From an uncultured Maribacter sp. (GTDB taxonomy: Bacteria; Bacteroidota; Bacteroidia; Flavobacteriales; Flavobacteriaceae), in the NCBI GenBank assembly GCA_947493885.1, contig CANLTE010000013.1, positions 1,772 to 65,771 of the forward strand: DNA of 64,000 bases, in the 5' to 3' direction. The notes beneath the pieces were generated by a model, which had not been told where the DNA came from, did not search any database, and saw nothing but the letters and a program-made list of their open reading frames with translations. Positions 10,709 through 20,973 of this stretch are shown here, in pieces; within the stretch, counting starts at the first letter, position 1; each line of letters opens with the position of its first letter. Position numbers and translations under genes: made by a program.

Positions 10709-10818
10709 AGTTACGAAAGTATGCAATTAACCTTAAGTTAACATAGAATACCCAATTTTGGATATTAACTGATAGTTAACAATAGCCTGTTTATAAGTTA
10801 CGATTTTATGTTGATAAC

Positions 10819-10852
10819 AAAAAAAATCCGGAAGTTTTATGTTCCGGATTTT
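10819..10852 (-). terminator. Intrinsic terminator of accA
   Basis: AAAATCCGGAA-loop-TTCCGGATTTT, with an A-tract on + that gives the U-tract on the minus strand. Confidence 0.8.
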
Positions 10853-10875
10853 AAGAAACTTCTTAGTATTCAGGG

Positions 10876-11829
10876 TTATCCATTAAAAACACCCATATTG
10901 GAATATTTTTCCATTCGTTGTTCCACCAATTCTTTTGGTGATAACTTTTCTAATTCCTTAAAATGGGTCACTATTTTGTTCTTAACGGTTTCGAACGTTT
11001 TTTCTCTATTAGAATGTGCTCCTCCTATTGGTTCTTTAACGATTTCATCAATCATTTTAAGTTTTTTCATATCAGGAGCAGTAAGTTTCAAAGCTTCAGC
11101 TGCTTGTTCTTTATACTCCCAACTTCTCCATAAAATAGAAGAGCATGATTCGGGAGAAATTACAGAGTACCATGTGTTTTCTAACATTAACACTTTATCT
11201 CCAACTCCTATACCTAAAGCTCCACCAGAAGCTCCCTCTCCTATAATAACAACAATAATTGGAACTTTAAGACGTGTCATTTCTATAATATTCCGTGCAA
11301 TTGCCTCTCCTTGTCCACGCTCCTCGGCTTCAATACCTGCATATGCTCCTGGAGTATCTACAAAACACACCACAGGAATGTCAAACTTTTCTGCGGATTT
11401 CATTAATCGCAATGCTTTCCTATATCCTTCCGGATTCGCCATACCAAAATTACGATATTGACGTGTTTTGGTGTTAAATCCTTTTTGTTGTCCAATAAGC
11501 ATAAAACTTTGGTCGCCAATTTTTCCAAGACCACCAATCATAGCTTTATCATCTCGTACCGTACGATCACCATGAAGCTCTAAAAACGTATCTCCACAAA
11601 TTGCTTTTATATAATCTAAAGTATAAGGTCTATTGGGGTGTCTTGAAAGCTGAACACGTTGCCAAGCTGTAAGTCCTTTATAAATTTCTTTTCTGGTTTC
11701 GGCAAGTTTTTTTTCGATTTGCTTACATGTTTCTGTAACATCAACATCGCTCTCCTCTCCTATAATAACGCATTTGTCTAACTGCTCTTCCAATTCTTTA
11801 ATCGGAAGTTCAAAATCTAAATATTCCAT
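10876..11829 (-). CDS. accA: Acetyl-CoA carboxylase carboxyltransferase alpha subunit
   Basis: [44 protein letters not shown]. Confidence 0.97.
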   Translation of the reverse strand: MEYLDFELPIKELEEQLDKCVIIGEESDVDVTETCKQIEKKLAETRKEIYKGLTAWQRVQLSRHPNRPYTLDYIKAICGDTFLELHGDRTVRDDKAMIGGLGKIGDQSFMLIGQQKGFNTKTRQYRNFGMANPEGYRKALRLMKSAEKFDIPVVCFVDTPGAYAGIEAEERGQGEAIARNIIEMTRLKVPIIVVIIGEGASGGALGIGVGDKVLMLENTWYSVISPESCSSILWRSWEYKEQAAEALKLTAPDMKKLKMIDEIVKEPIGGAHSNREKTFETVKNKIVTHFKELEKLSPKELVEQRMEKYSNMGVFNG

Positions 11830-11892
11830 AAGCCAAATAGGTCTCGTTTGTTTAAGTCCACAAATATAAAACTTTAAAGCAAACCTTATTGT

Positions 11893-12783
11893 TTACTTAT
11901 TTTTTAATTTTAATCTACTTTTTAGTATTCCGTTTAGAACCACCACGGCAATTATTATAAGTGCTCCAATATAAAATGAGCCTGTTATTTGTTTATTTTC
12001 TCCTAACACAATAAATGCCAAAATAATACCATAAACAGGTTCTAAATTAATCGTTAGCATTACTGTATATGGAGATAGATAGCGCATTACTTTTACTGAG
12101 GCAATAAACGCATATGCAGTACAAATAGAGGCCAAAATAAAAAGGTATCCTATATCTACCAGGGAAAGTTTAAAGAAATCATCTGTGGTGAATTGTTGAT
12201 TTAATAAAAAATAAGACGATAAGAACAAAACACCAAATCCCAATTCAAACATAGAGATTATAGATGGTTTCTCCTCTTTTATAAGTTTACCATTGATTAA
12301 TGTAAAACTTGAAGCTAAAAACGCTGAAATTGTAGCCAGAACCATTCCATACCAATAGCCTGTGTCTACTTTAAAAATATAATACAGACCAAGAATAACT
12401 ACCAGTCCAAAAACCACTTCATGCTTAATAATTTTTCGCTTATACCATATGGGTTCCAAAAAAGCAGTAAAAAACGTTCCAATAGACATTGTAGCCAAAG
12501 CAACAGAAACATTGGAGACTTTTATTGCCATAAAAAAAGTAACCCAATGTAAAGCAATAATTACTCCTCCAATCATCATCCACAGTATTGTTTTCTTCGA
12601 AAACTTAAATTTTATTTTCCGAATTAAAACATATCCTAAAATAAGTACTGTTGCAATGAGCATTCTGTACCAGACTAAAGGTGCAGCATCAAGAGAAATA
12701 AGCTTACCTAAAACAGCGGTAAATCCCCAAATAAAAACTATGAAATGAAGATGAAATAAGTTTTTTAATCTATCGTTTTGCAT
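11893..12783 (-). CDS. EamA/DMT family transporter
   Basis: About 10 TM segments with two EamA repeats, LEPVYGIILA. Start probably ATG 12783, overlapping the upstream stop. Confidence 0.88.
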   Translation of the reverse strand: MQNDRLKNLFHLHFIVFIWGFTAVLGKLISLDAAPLVWYRMLIATVLILGYVLIRKIKFKFSKKTILWMMIGGVIIALHWVTFFMAIKVSNVSVALATMSIGTFFTAFLEPIWYKRKIIKHEVVFGLVVILGLYYIFKVDTGYWYGMVLATISAFLASSFTLINGKLIKEEKPSIISMFELGFGVLFLSSYFLLNQQFTTDDFFKLSLVDIGYLFILASICTAYAFIASVKVMRYLSPYTVMLTINLEPVYGIILAFIVLGENKQITGSFYIGALIIIAVVVLNGILKSRLKLKNK

Positions 12784-13846
12784 TTTGTAATAAATAAAAA
12801 GCAAGTGCTCCAAAAATTACATTTGGAATAACTACTGCAAGTAGTGGTGAGAAACCAGATTGCTCTGCTAGCGTGCTAAATACCTTATCAAAAAATATGT
12901 AAATAAATGCAATTAATATTCCAAAGGCAAGGTTTATCCCCATACCTCCTCTATGCTTCACTGAAGAAACAGACACTCCTATAATGGTTAAAATAAATGC
13001 TGCCAAGGGTAAAGCCCACCTTTTATATTTCTCCAAAATGTATTTGTTTAAATTGGAAGCTCCTTTTCGTTTTTGGTCTTCAATAAAATCGTTTAATTCA
13101 AATAAATTTTTAGTCTCTGCGGCATATGAGACTGGAGTAAGGTCATCAATTCTAAATGTGAAAAGTGTATCTAATCTTGGCTTAGCTTCTAAAATTGCAG
13201 TATCACCAACAATTTTTCTTTTCTTGAACGATGTTAGTCTATATATACTATCTACCCATCTAATATTAGAGGCTGAAATTTTAAATTCTAGTTGATTATC
13301 TTCTGAAAAACGTTCGAATGTAAAATTATACCCTATTTGTCTTGCGGGGTCAAAACTACTCACATAAATAAAATCGGTCTCATTAAGCTGATTAAAAATA
13401 TTAGTAGTTTCTCTTACTTGTCTACCCTTTTTCAGGTATTTAAACTTAAATTCATTAAAGCCTTGGCTAGCTCTAGGAACCAAAAACATGCTCAACACAA
13501 ACATAATAATAGCAATAATAGTTGCCCCAATAAAATATGGTCTTAAAAAACGACCGTAAGAAACACCTGAACTTAATATTGCAACAATCTCAGTGTTATT
13601 AGCTAGTTTGGACGTAAAAAAGATAACCGATAAAAAAAGGAATATTGGAAATAAAAGGCTACCTATATAAACCGTAAAATCAACATAATAAAGAACAACC
13701 TCATTTAAGGGAGCTTCATTATCTATGATTTTGGAAATTTGCTCCGCCAAATTAGCCATTATGCCAATAGGAATAAACAACATTAACATCACCGCAAATG
13801 TGAGTAAATATCGTTTTAATATGTACCTATCTAAAATGGTTAACAT
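12770..13846 (-). CDS. LptF/LptG family LPS export permease
   Basis: MLTILDRYILKRY start, NNTEIVAILSSGVS motif, three C-terminal TMs. Confidence 0.9.
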   Translation of the reverse strand: MLTILDRYILKRYLLTFAVMLMLFIPIGIMANLAEQISKIIDNEAPLNEVVLYYVDFTVYIGSLLFPIFLFLSVIFFTSKLANNTEIVAILSSGVSYGRFLRPYFIGATIIAIIMFVLSMFLVPRASQGFNEFKFKYLKKGRQVRETTNIFNQLNETDFIYVSSFDPARQIGYNFTFERFSEDNQLEFKISASNIRWVDSIYRLTSFKKRKIVGDTAILEAKPRLDTLFTFRIDDLTPVSYAAETKNLFELNDFIEDQKRKGASNLNKYILEKYKRWALPLAAFILTIIGVSVSSVKHRGGMGINLAFGILIAFIYIFFDKVFSTLAEQSGFSPLLAVVIPNVIFGALAFYLLQNAKR

Positions 13847-14976
13847 TATAATCTTTTATCCATTTGTTTTACCATCACGTTTTTCCAAGAAGCAAAATCG
13901 CCTGCTAAAATATGTTTTCTGGCCTCACGAACCAACCACAAATAAAAACCAAGGTTATGAATTGTCGCTATTTGTTTTCCTAAATATTCATTTGCTGCAA
14001 AAAGATGTCTCAAATACGCTTTTGAATACTCCCTATCCACAAAAGTGGTTCCCATTTCATCAATTGGAGAAAAATCATCTTCCCATTTTTTATTTTTGAT
14101 GTTTATAGTACCATGCGCCGTAAAAAGCATACCGTTTCTTGCATTACGTGTTGGCATAACACAGTCAAACATATCAATACCCAAAGCTATATTTTCCAAT
14201 ATGTTTATTGGTGTACCTACTCCCATTAAATATCTTGGTTTATCTTCAGGAAGAATTTCACAAACCACCTCAGTCATTGCATACATTTCCTCGGCAGGCT
14301 CTCCAACAGACAAGCCGCCAATTGCATTACCTTCTGCGCCTGAATTGGCAATATATTCAGCTGACTGCCTTCTTAAATCTTTATATGTTGACCCTTGTAC
14401 AATTGGGAAAAAAGTTTGAGCATAATCATAAGAATATGGTGTTTTTTCCAAATGCGCTATACAACGATCCAACCAACGATGTGTCATATGCATTGAACGC
14501 TTGGCATAATTGTAATCGCAAGGGTAAGGAGTACACTCATCAAACGCCATAATAATATCAGCGCCAATAGTGCGTTGTATTTCCATTACGTTTTCAGGCG
14601 TAAACATATGGTAAGAACCATCAATATGAGATTTAAACTTTACACCCTCTTCTTTTATTTTTCTTCTTCCTGAAAGAGAATATACCTGATATCCTCCGCT
14701 ATCGGTTAAAATATTTCTATCCCAACCCATAAACTTATGCAACCCCCCAGCTTTTTCTAGTATCCCTGTTTTAGGGCGCAAATACAAATGGTATGTATTT
14801 CCTAAAATAACATCAGGGTTTATCTCTTCCCTTAACTCCTTTTGATGAACTCCTTTTACAGAAGCTACTGTACCAACAGGCATGAATATTGGGGTTTCAA
14901 TTGGGCCATGATCAGTAACCATTGTTCCTGCCCTTGCCTTACTTTGCGAATCTGTGTTGTGTATGGTAAATTTCAA
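13846..14976 (-). CDS. tgt: tRNA-guanine transglycosylase (queuine)
   Basis: TPIFMPVGT, NTYHLYLRP, LTDSGGYQV, DECTPYP, FDCVMPTRNARNG. Confidence 0.97.
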   Translation of the reverse strand: MKFTIHNTDSQSKARAGTMVTDHGPIETPIFMPVGTVASVKGVHQKELREEINPDVILGNTYHLYLRPKTGILEKAGGLHKFMGWDRNILTDSGGYQVYSLSGRRKIKEEGVKFKSHIDGSYHMFTPENVMEIQRTIGADIIMAFDECTPYPCDYNYAKRSMHMTHRWLDRCIAHLEKTPYSYDYAQTFFPIVQGSTYKDLRRQSAEYIANSGAEGNAIGGLSVGEPAEEMYAMTEVVCEILPEDKPRYLMGVGTPINILENIALGIDMFDCVMPTRNARNGMLFTAHGTINIKNKKWEDDFSPIDEMGTTFVDREYSKAYLRHLFAANEYLGKQIATIHNLGFYLWLVREARKHILAGDFASWKNVMVKQMDKRL

Positions 14977-15120
14977 ATCTTATCTTAAAGTCGCAAAGAT
15001 AATGAACTCACCCTCATAAAAAACTTAAGAAAACAATAAAGATTTAGTGTAACCGTTGAGACTGTAACACACCTAAAGTAAACTTGTCTTTACTTTAATG
15101 AAATAAATAAAAACACAGTT

Positions 15121-15738
15121 ATGAAAAAAACACTCTTAATCTTAGTATTATCGCTTACCTCTGCAATAACTTTTGCGCAAAAAGAATCTGGCTTTGGAAT
15201 AAAAGCTGGTTTAAATTATGCTCAAAACGGAGATTTAACCCTTGAAAGTATTGGAAATGCTGGAGAAGATGTAATTGATGGCTCTGAAAGTAAAATAGGA
15301 TATCATTTAGGAGTATTCTATAAACTTAAGCTACCTATAATTTATTTGCGTCCGGAATTGATATACACAAAAACAAAAAGTAACTATACTATTAATGGTA
15401 GTGATGCTGCTTACGATGTTAGTAAAATTGATTTACCCGTACTTGTAGGTGTTAAAATAATTGGTCCTCTTGAAGTATTCGCTGGACCATCATTTCAATA
15501 CATTCTGGATTCGGATTTGGAAAAGGTACCTACTCTAAATGATTTAGAAAACGATTTTAGTCTTGGTCTACAAATTGGCGTTGGTGTTAGTTTAGGAAAA
15601 CTTGGGTTAGATGTTAGATATGAGCGAGGTTTATCGGAAAACGAGTCAAAATTTGTTGCAGACAATTCCAATACCTTGTCTGGTAGAGTAGACTCAAGAC
15701 CTTCTCAAATTATTTTTGGATTATCACTTAAATTATAA
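15121..15738 (+). CDS. Outer-membrane beta-barrel protein (porin-family / OMP_b-brl type)
   Basis: Signal peptide, FGIKAGLNY, alternating amphipathic strands, C-terminal FGLSLKL. Confidence 0.82.
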   Translation: MKKTLLILVLSLTSAITFAQKESGFGIKAGLNYAQNGDLTLESIGNAGEDVIDGSESKIGYHLGVFYKLKLPIIYLRPELIYTKTKSNYTINGSDAAYDVSKIDLPVLVGVKIIGPLEVFAGPSFQYILDSDLEKVPTLNDLENDFSLGLQIGVGVSLGKLGLDVRYERGLSENESKFVADNSNTLSGRVDSRPSQIIFGLSLKL

Positions 15739-15758
15739 AGAAGCCTCTAAAAATTTAT

Positions 15759-15794
15759 AAAGCCCGTTTATATGTAAACGGGCTTTTCTTTTTC
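15759..15794 (+). terminator. Intrinsic terminator
   Basis: AAAGCCCGTTTA-TATG-TAAACGGGCTTT followed by a T-tract. Confidence 0.85.
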
Positions 15795-15820
15795 GTTATT
15801 TTTGTACTTTATATAACATT

Positions 15821-16192
15821 ATGCGTATTGATAAGTATTTATGGTGCACACGCTATTTTAAAACTCGAAATTTAGCAACTACTGCCTGTAAAAAAGGTCA
15901 TATAAAAGTAAACAACCAGGTAGTCAAGCCCTCTCGAGAGGTTTTTCCATCCGATGAAATTACCGTTCGTAAAAATCAAATTAATTATCAACTTGCAGTT
16001 ATTGAAATTCCTCCAAATAGAGTCGGAGCAAAAATTGTTGGGTTATACCGAACCGATAAAACTCCGAAAACAGCATTTGAACATCAAGAGTTGTTGCAAT
16101 ATTCCAAAGACTATTATCGTAAGAAAGGAACTGGTAGACCAACAAAAAAAGACCGAAGAGAAATTGATGGTTATTTAGATGAGGAAGAATAA
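15821..16192 (+). CDS. hslR: S4-domain RNA-binding heat-shock protein Hsp15
   Basis: MRIDKYLWCTRYFKTRNLA, C-terminal GRPTKKDRREID. Confidence 0.88.
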   Translation: MRIDKYLWCTRYFKTRNLATTACKKGHIKVNNQVVKPSREVFPSDEITVRKNQINYQLAVIEIPPNRVGAKIVGLYRTDKTPKTAFEHQELLQYSKDYYRKKGTGRPTKKDRREIDGYLDEEE

Positions 16193-16235
16193 AGTACTAT
16201 GCTTTTTCTATATTTGAATAAGAAATACCAAGCAA

Positions 16236-16733
16236 ATGCAAAATAAAATTTTATCGCATCAAGAAATACAACATAAAATTAAACGAATTGCTTATCAAAT
16301 TTATGAGGCAAACGTTGACGAAAAAGAAATTGTTATTGCTGGTATTGATGGAGGTGGTCTAAAATTTGCAAAAAAAATTCAATCAGTACTTAAAAAAGTA
16401 ACTGATTCTGAAATTGTTCTTTGTAAAGTAAGTATGGATAAACAAAATCCGCTACAAAGTGGGGTTTCCACATCCATTCCTTTAGAAGAGTTAACGAATA
16501 AATCTATTGTTTTAGTAGATGATGTTTTAAACTCTGGAACAACATTAATATACGGTGTACATCATTTTTTAAAAACACCTCTTAAACGTTTAAAAACAGC
16601 AGTTCTAGTGAATCGTAATCACAAAAAATATCCTGTGAAAGCGGATTATAAGGGAATTTCTTTATCTACATCGTTACAAGAACATGTACATGTGCATTTT
16701 GAAGCAAAAAAAGATATGGTTTATCTAGACTAG
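16236..16733 (+). CDS. Phosphoribosyltransferase family protein (PyrR-like)
   Basis: PRPP loop IVLVDDVLNSGTT; IKRIAYQIYE N-terminus. Confidence 0.85.
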   Translation: MQNKILSHQEIQHKIKRIAYQIYEANVDEKEIVIAGIDGGGLKFAKKIQSVLKKVTDSEIVLCKVSMDKQNPLQSGVSTSIPLEELTNKSIVLVDDVLNSGTTLIYGVHHFLKTPLKRLKTAVLVNRNHKKYPVKADYKGISLSTSLQEHVHVHFEAKKDMVYLD

Positions 16734-17240
16734 TAAGGTCTTTATTTGGTCTACCATTTCGCTTACATTTCTATTTTTACTTTCAATAGCATGATGCGCT
16801 TGCATATAGTAAAAGCTCCTTTCAAATAAATGCTTACCTATAAAATCGGGTAACTCCTCGTCCGCAATACTTTTTACTAAAGGTCTAGAGTCCTTCTCAC
16901 TGGATAATCTTTGTACCAATTCTGGTATACTCACTTTTAGATAAAAAACATTTTTTGTTGCTTCAAGTATTTGGTTCATGTTATTTCCATAACAAGGTGT
17001 TCCTCCTCCGGTAGATAAAATAAAATTATTTTGGGTATTTAATACATCAATTAAACACTCGTTTTCTTTTTTTCTAAAAAAAATTTCACCTTTCTCAGAA
17101 AAAATTTCAGGAATGCTTTTTCCTGTATTTTCTTCAATATTTTTGTCTAAATCAATGAAGGTTGCATTTAGCTTTTTTGCAAGTATCTCACCCACAGTAG
17201 TTTTTCCGCTTCCCATATATCCTACTAAAACAATTTTCAT
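16725..17240 (-). CDS. aroK: Shikimate kinase
   Basis: GYMGSGKTT, DLD, GEIFFR, STGGGTP, RPL. Confidence 0.93.
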   Translation of the reverse strand: MKIVLVGYMGSGKTTVGEILAKKLNATFIDLDKNIEENTGKSIPEIFSEKGEIFFRKKENECLIDVLNTQNNFILSTGGGTPCYGNNMNQILEATKNVFYLKVSIPELVQRLSSEKDSRPLVKSIADEELPDFIGKHLFERSFYYMQAHHAIESKNRNVSEMVDQIKTLLV

Positions 17241-17337
17241 ATGATTTACTTTTGCTGCAAAATTGAGCTAATTTGTCATTAAATCAAAAAAAAATAAAAT
17301 TCTTATAAATTTGGCTTGTAAAATAAATTAATGCTCT

Positions 17338-17345
17338 TATATTTG
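17338..17345 (+). promoter_or_regulatory. Bacteroidota sigma-A -7 element of tRNA-Lys
   Basis: TATATTTG matches TAnnTTTG, ~37 nt before the tRNA. Confidence 0.75.
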
Positions 17346-17381
17346 CACCCGCAATCAGCAATATGCTTTGCTAAATTAAAT

Positions 17382-17457
17382 GACCTGGTAGCTCAGTTGG
17401 TAGAGCATCTCCCTTTTAAGGAGAGGGTCCTGGGTTCGAGCCCCAGCCCGGTCACCA
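17382..17457 (+). tRNA. tRNA-Lys (anticodon TTT), CCA encoded
   Basis: 76-nt cloverleaf folded by hand. Anticodon stem TCTCC/GGAGA with loop CTTTTAA; T-arm CTGGG-TTCGAGC-CCCAG. Confidence 0.96.
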
Positions 17458-17461
17458 CTTT

Positions 17462-17488
17462 AAAGCCCCTCTCTAAGGGGCTTTTTTT
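17462..17488 (+). terminator. Terminator after tRNA-Lys
   Basis: AAAGCCCCT-CTCTA-AGGGGCTTT-TTTT. Confidence 0.88.
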
Positions 17489-17584
17489 ATTTCTGAAACT
17501 TATATGTTAAGAGGCTTTAAATAGCTTACTGGTTTTTGTACCTTTTTGCTCCGATTTTTTAATAATAATTCCAATCTGAAAAAA

Positions 17585-19609
17585 ATGAAACTTAAACTAC
17601 CTCAGGCATTACTTTGTGCAGTACTAACGCTAAACATGGTTAATGCTCAGCAAAAAGAGTTTTGGGCAATACAAAGCAATACCGAAATTAATTTAGACGT
17701 CACCAATAAGGATAATATACCCTACGGAGATAACATTGAAATGGCTGGTAAGCGTGTGGCCGGAATTATTTCTTATAAAATTGATGAAAATAAAAAACTA
17801 TCTATTTCAAGAGAAATATTCTTTCCCCAACTAAGAACTTTTATAAAAACAAATGACCCTGAATGGAAACATTATAGAGCATATTTTAAAGACGTTTACA
17901 ATGATGACATTCTTCCGGATATTATCATTGATGATAAAATATACGTTCCTGGAGATGTAGAAAAGGTTATTATAAATGGAAAACTGCAATTTAAACACGC
18001 ACCTGTTCATGGAATTGCTCTTACAAGAACTTTTTACCCATCAATGTCACAACGAATTTTCGTTGAAGAGTGGAAACTTACAAACCTTTCGGAAAAAAAC
18101 ATTACGCTTTTCGGGAATAACACCTATAGAAAAAAAACAACCAAAGGCGTAAAGGGAGATTATAATGGGATTTCTACATCCAACATAAAAAACAGTTTTA
18201 CAATTAAACAAGGTGCTTCTTATAGTTTCTCCATAGGAATATCAGCCACCTTAAATGAAGAAAAAGAAATAGACATAACTAGTAATGAATTTTTAAATGA
18301 ACGCAACGATTACCTAAACCAAATAAAAAGTTCATTAAAATTAATAACACCAAATAAAACCTTAAATACTCTATTCGAGTTTTCCAAAATTAGGGCCTCA
18401 GAAAGTATTTTCGAATCTAAACTCGGGCTTATACACTCCCCTGGTGGTGGTAGATACTATGTTGGCTTTTGGGCAAATGATCAGGCGGAATATATTAATC
18501 CTTTTTTTCCATATCTAGGTTATGAAACAGGAAACATGGCTGCCATAAACATGTACGATTTGTATACTAAAGAAATCACCGATGATTATAAAAATATTCG
18601 CTATTCTTTTGAAATGGAGGGGGATGCTCCTATTAACACTTTAGACCGTGGAGATGCTGCAATGATAGCCTATGGAGCATTACAATACGCATTAACTTCA
18701 GGAAGCAGAACCACAGCAAAAAAACTATGGCCACTTATATCATGGTGTCTGGAATACAATAATAGAAACTTAAACAATTTTGGTGTTGTTTCATCAGACT
18801 CTGACGAAATGGAAGGACGAATTGAAACTGGTAATGCCAACTTATCAACTTCTAGTCTGTATTATGGGGCACTAAACCTGGCTGTAGATTTAGCTAAATC
18901 GTTACAAAAACCAGAGCTTGAGGTTCAAAAATATAACCTGCAAGCACGGAAGCTGTCCGAAGCTATAGAATCCTATTTTGGAAGCAATATTGAAGGGTTA
19001 AATACCTACAAATATTATAAAGAACACAATCAACTCAGACACTGGATTTGTTTACCCTTAGTTGTTGGAATATTCAACAGATCAACAGAAACCACAAAAG
19101 CACTTTTTGAAAATTTATGGACTAAAAATGGTGTCCATGTCGAAAAAAATCACCCCAAAAAATCTAATTCTGAAATTTTTTGGGATAGAGGAACACTTTA
19201 TGCGCTAAGAGGTACTTACCTTGCCGGTGCTACAGAATTATCTACCCAAAAGCTTATTGAATTTTCTACAATTAGATTATTGGGAGATCGCGTACCTTAT
19301 GTCGTTGAAGCTTACCCAGAAGGCAGTATGGCACACCTTTCCGCGGAAAGTGGTTTATATTGTAGAGTTTTTACTGAGGGAATGTTTGGAATTATACCTA
19401 CTGGTTTACGTAGTTTTAAATGTACTCCTAGATTACCTAAAAGCTGGAACCATATGGCCTTAGAAAACATAAAAGCTTTTGATAGTAACTTTAATATAAA
19501 TGTTACTAGAAAGGGCGAGAAGCTTCAGGTTAAAATAACAGATAAAGACTCCAAATTAATTTTTGACAAAAGTATTCAACAAGGAGATACTATTAATATT
19601 GCACTTTAA
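17585..19609 (+). CDS. Secreted six-hairpin (alpha/alpha)6 glycosidase-like protein, family unassigned
   Basis: Signal peptide MKLKLPQALLCAVLTLNMVNA. Segments HSPGGGRYYVGFWANDQAEY, RGDAAMIAYG, SDSDEMEGRI, FWDRGTLYALRG and VVEAYPEG...HLSAESGLYCR resemble (alpha/alpha)6 GH barrels. Family cannot be confirmed without a search. Confidence 0.65.
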   Translation: MKLKLPQALLCAVLTLNMVNAQQKEFWAIQSNTEINLDVTNKDNIPYGDNIEMAGKRVAGIISYKIDENKKLSISREIFFPQLRTFIKTNDPEWKHYRAYFKDVYNDDILPDIIIDDKIYVPGDVEKVIINGKLQFKHAPVHGIALTRTFYPSMSQRIFVEEWKLTNLSEKNITLFGNNTYRKKTTKGVKGDYNGISTSNIKNSFTIKQGASYSFSIGISATLNEEKEIDITSNEFLNERNDYLNQIKSSLKLITPNKTLNTLFEFSKIRASESIFESKLGLIHSPGGGRYYVGFWANDQAEYINPFFPYLGYETGNMAAINMYDLYTKEITDDYKNIRYSFEMEGDAPINTLDRGDAAMIAYGALQYALTSGSRTTAKKLWPLISWCLEYNNRNLNNFGVVSSDSDEMEGRIETGNANLSTSSLYYGALNLAVDLAKSLQKPELEVQKYNLQARKLSEAIESYFGSNIEGLNTYKYYKEHNQLRHWICLPLVVGIFNRSTETTKALFENLWTKNGVHVEKNHPKKSNSEIFWDRGTLYALRGTYLAGATELSTQKLIEFSTIRLLGDRVPYVVEAYPEGSMAHLSAESGLYCRVFTEGMFGIIPTGLRSFKCTPRLPKSWNHMALENIKAFDSNFNINVTRKGEKLQVKITDKDSKLIFDKSIQQGDTINIAL

Positions 19610-19797
19610 TAAAAACCATAGCTAGCGGTATTTAGGTTCCATGTTAAATAATACTCTATTTTAACCTAAAAACAGAGCATAAATCGTTATTACTTACAAA
19701 AACGTGCAACAAATCGTTAAAATAGGTTAGTTAGTATATCAATATTATATCAAATTTTGTAAAAACTGACAATTATCAATTTTTAATAGCGGTAACT

Positions 19798-20964
19798 ATG
19801 AAAAAAAGCGAACTTCCTGATCCGTTTAAAAATGCCCGTGAGGAAACTGGTATTGGTGAAATGAATGACCAAAATGACCCCGTAACAATGCTACTTCGTC
19901 ATAAAGATGTTAGAAAAGGGGCTCACAATTGGAAAACTTTTCAATCGGGAGCTGTTCCAGGAAGAATTGTTGTTCCTTCTGAGGTTAATATTCGAGATTT
20001 ACGTCAAATTCCTTTTGAAGTTGACCCTCCTCAGCACGCCGATTATAGAGCCTTAATTGAGCCTTGGTTTAGACGTCCTCTAGAAGAATCTTACACAAAA
20101 AAACTTAACGACATTATAACCAAGGTTATTGACGAAGCGCTTATCCTGGAATCCGTTGAAGTTGTAAATAAATTTGCATTGCCGCTTCAATCCAGAGCAC
20201 TAACATTATTAATAAATACCCCATTTTCTGAATCTGAAACCTGGATTTCTTGGGGGACTCATGTTTTTAGAAGTGAAGGAGACCCTTTAGATGGAGATAA
20301 GGCTGAAGTATTATATACCTATTTGGATGAAAAAATTGAAGAGGCTATAAAAACCCCTTCTGATGATTTGTACTCCAAACTTGCTGAATCGGAATTTGAG
20401 GGTAGAAAATTAACCAAAGCCGAAATTAAAGGAATTATGGTACTGACCTTTGCTGGAGGTCGAGATACAGTTATTAATGCGGTGACAAACTCAATTGCCT
20501 ATTTTGCGGAGCATCCAAAATCGTTACAACAAATCAAAGAAAATCCAGAGATTATTAATTCGGCTGTTGAAGAACTTATTCGGTACTTTTCTCCATTAAC
20601 TCAAATGGGAAGGGTTGTTACACAAGATACTCAAGTATGTGAGCATGCAGCAAAAGCAGATACCCGTATTAGTTTATGTTGGGCCTCTGCCAATAGAGAT
20701 GATGCGGTATTTAAAAATCCAAATGAAGTTATATTAGACCGAAAAATGAATCCACATGTAGGCTTTGGTTTTAGCCATCATAATTGTTTAGGCGCAACAC
20801 ACGCTAGACAAATAATGCGGACATTATTAAAAACCTTATCAGAAAAAGTTTCAACTATTGATATTATTGATTTCGAAGAAAATATTGAAAACCTTGACCA
20901 GTTTAAAAGAAAGGTAGGCTTTCATAAAATAAACGTTAAATTCAATTCAAAAAAAATAACATAA
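19798..20964 (+). CDS. Cytochrome P450, CYP236A-like (sugar O-demethylase)
   Basis: I-helix AGGRDTV, K-helix EELIR, heme motif GFGFSHHNCLG. The N-terminus MKKSELPDPF... is of the type I recognise from Flavobacterial CYP236A. Confidence 0.85.
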   Translation: MKKSELPDPFKNAREETGIGEMNDQNDPVTMLLRHKDVRKGAHNWKTFQSGAVPGRIVVPSEVNIRDLRQIPFEVDPPQHADYRALIEPWFRRPLEESYTKKLNDIITKVIDEALILESVEVVNKFALPLQSRALTLLINTPFSESETWISWGTHVFRSEGDPLDGDKAEVLYTYLDEKIEEAIKTPSDDLYSKLAESEFEGRKLTKAEIKGIMVLTFAGGRDTVINAVTNSIAYFAEHPKSLQQIKENPEIINSAVEELIRYFSPLTQMGRVVTQDTQVCEHAAKADTRISLCWASANRDDAVFKNPNEVILDRKMNPHVGFGFSHHNCLGATHARQIMRTLLKTLSEKVSTIDIIDFEENIENLDQFKRKVGFHKINVKFNSKKIT

Positions 20965-20973
20965 AAATACGAA

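Noticed and set aside
19623-19794. TAGCGGTA direct repeat flanking the GH-P450 spacer (possible target-site duplication)
   Set aside because: An 8-mer match is expected by chance at this scale, and there are no terminal inverted repeats or transposase.
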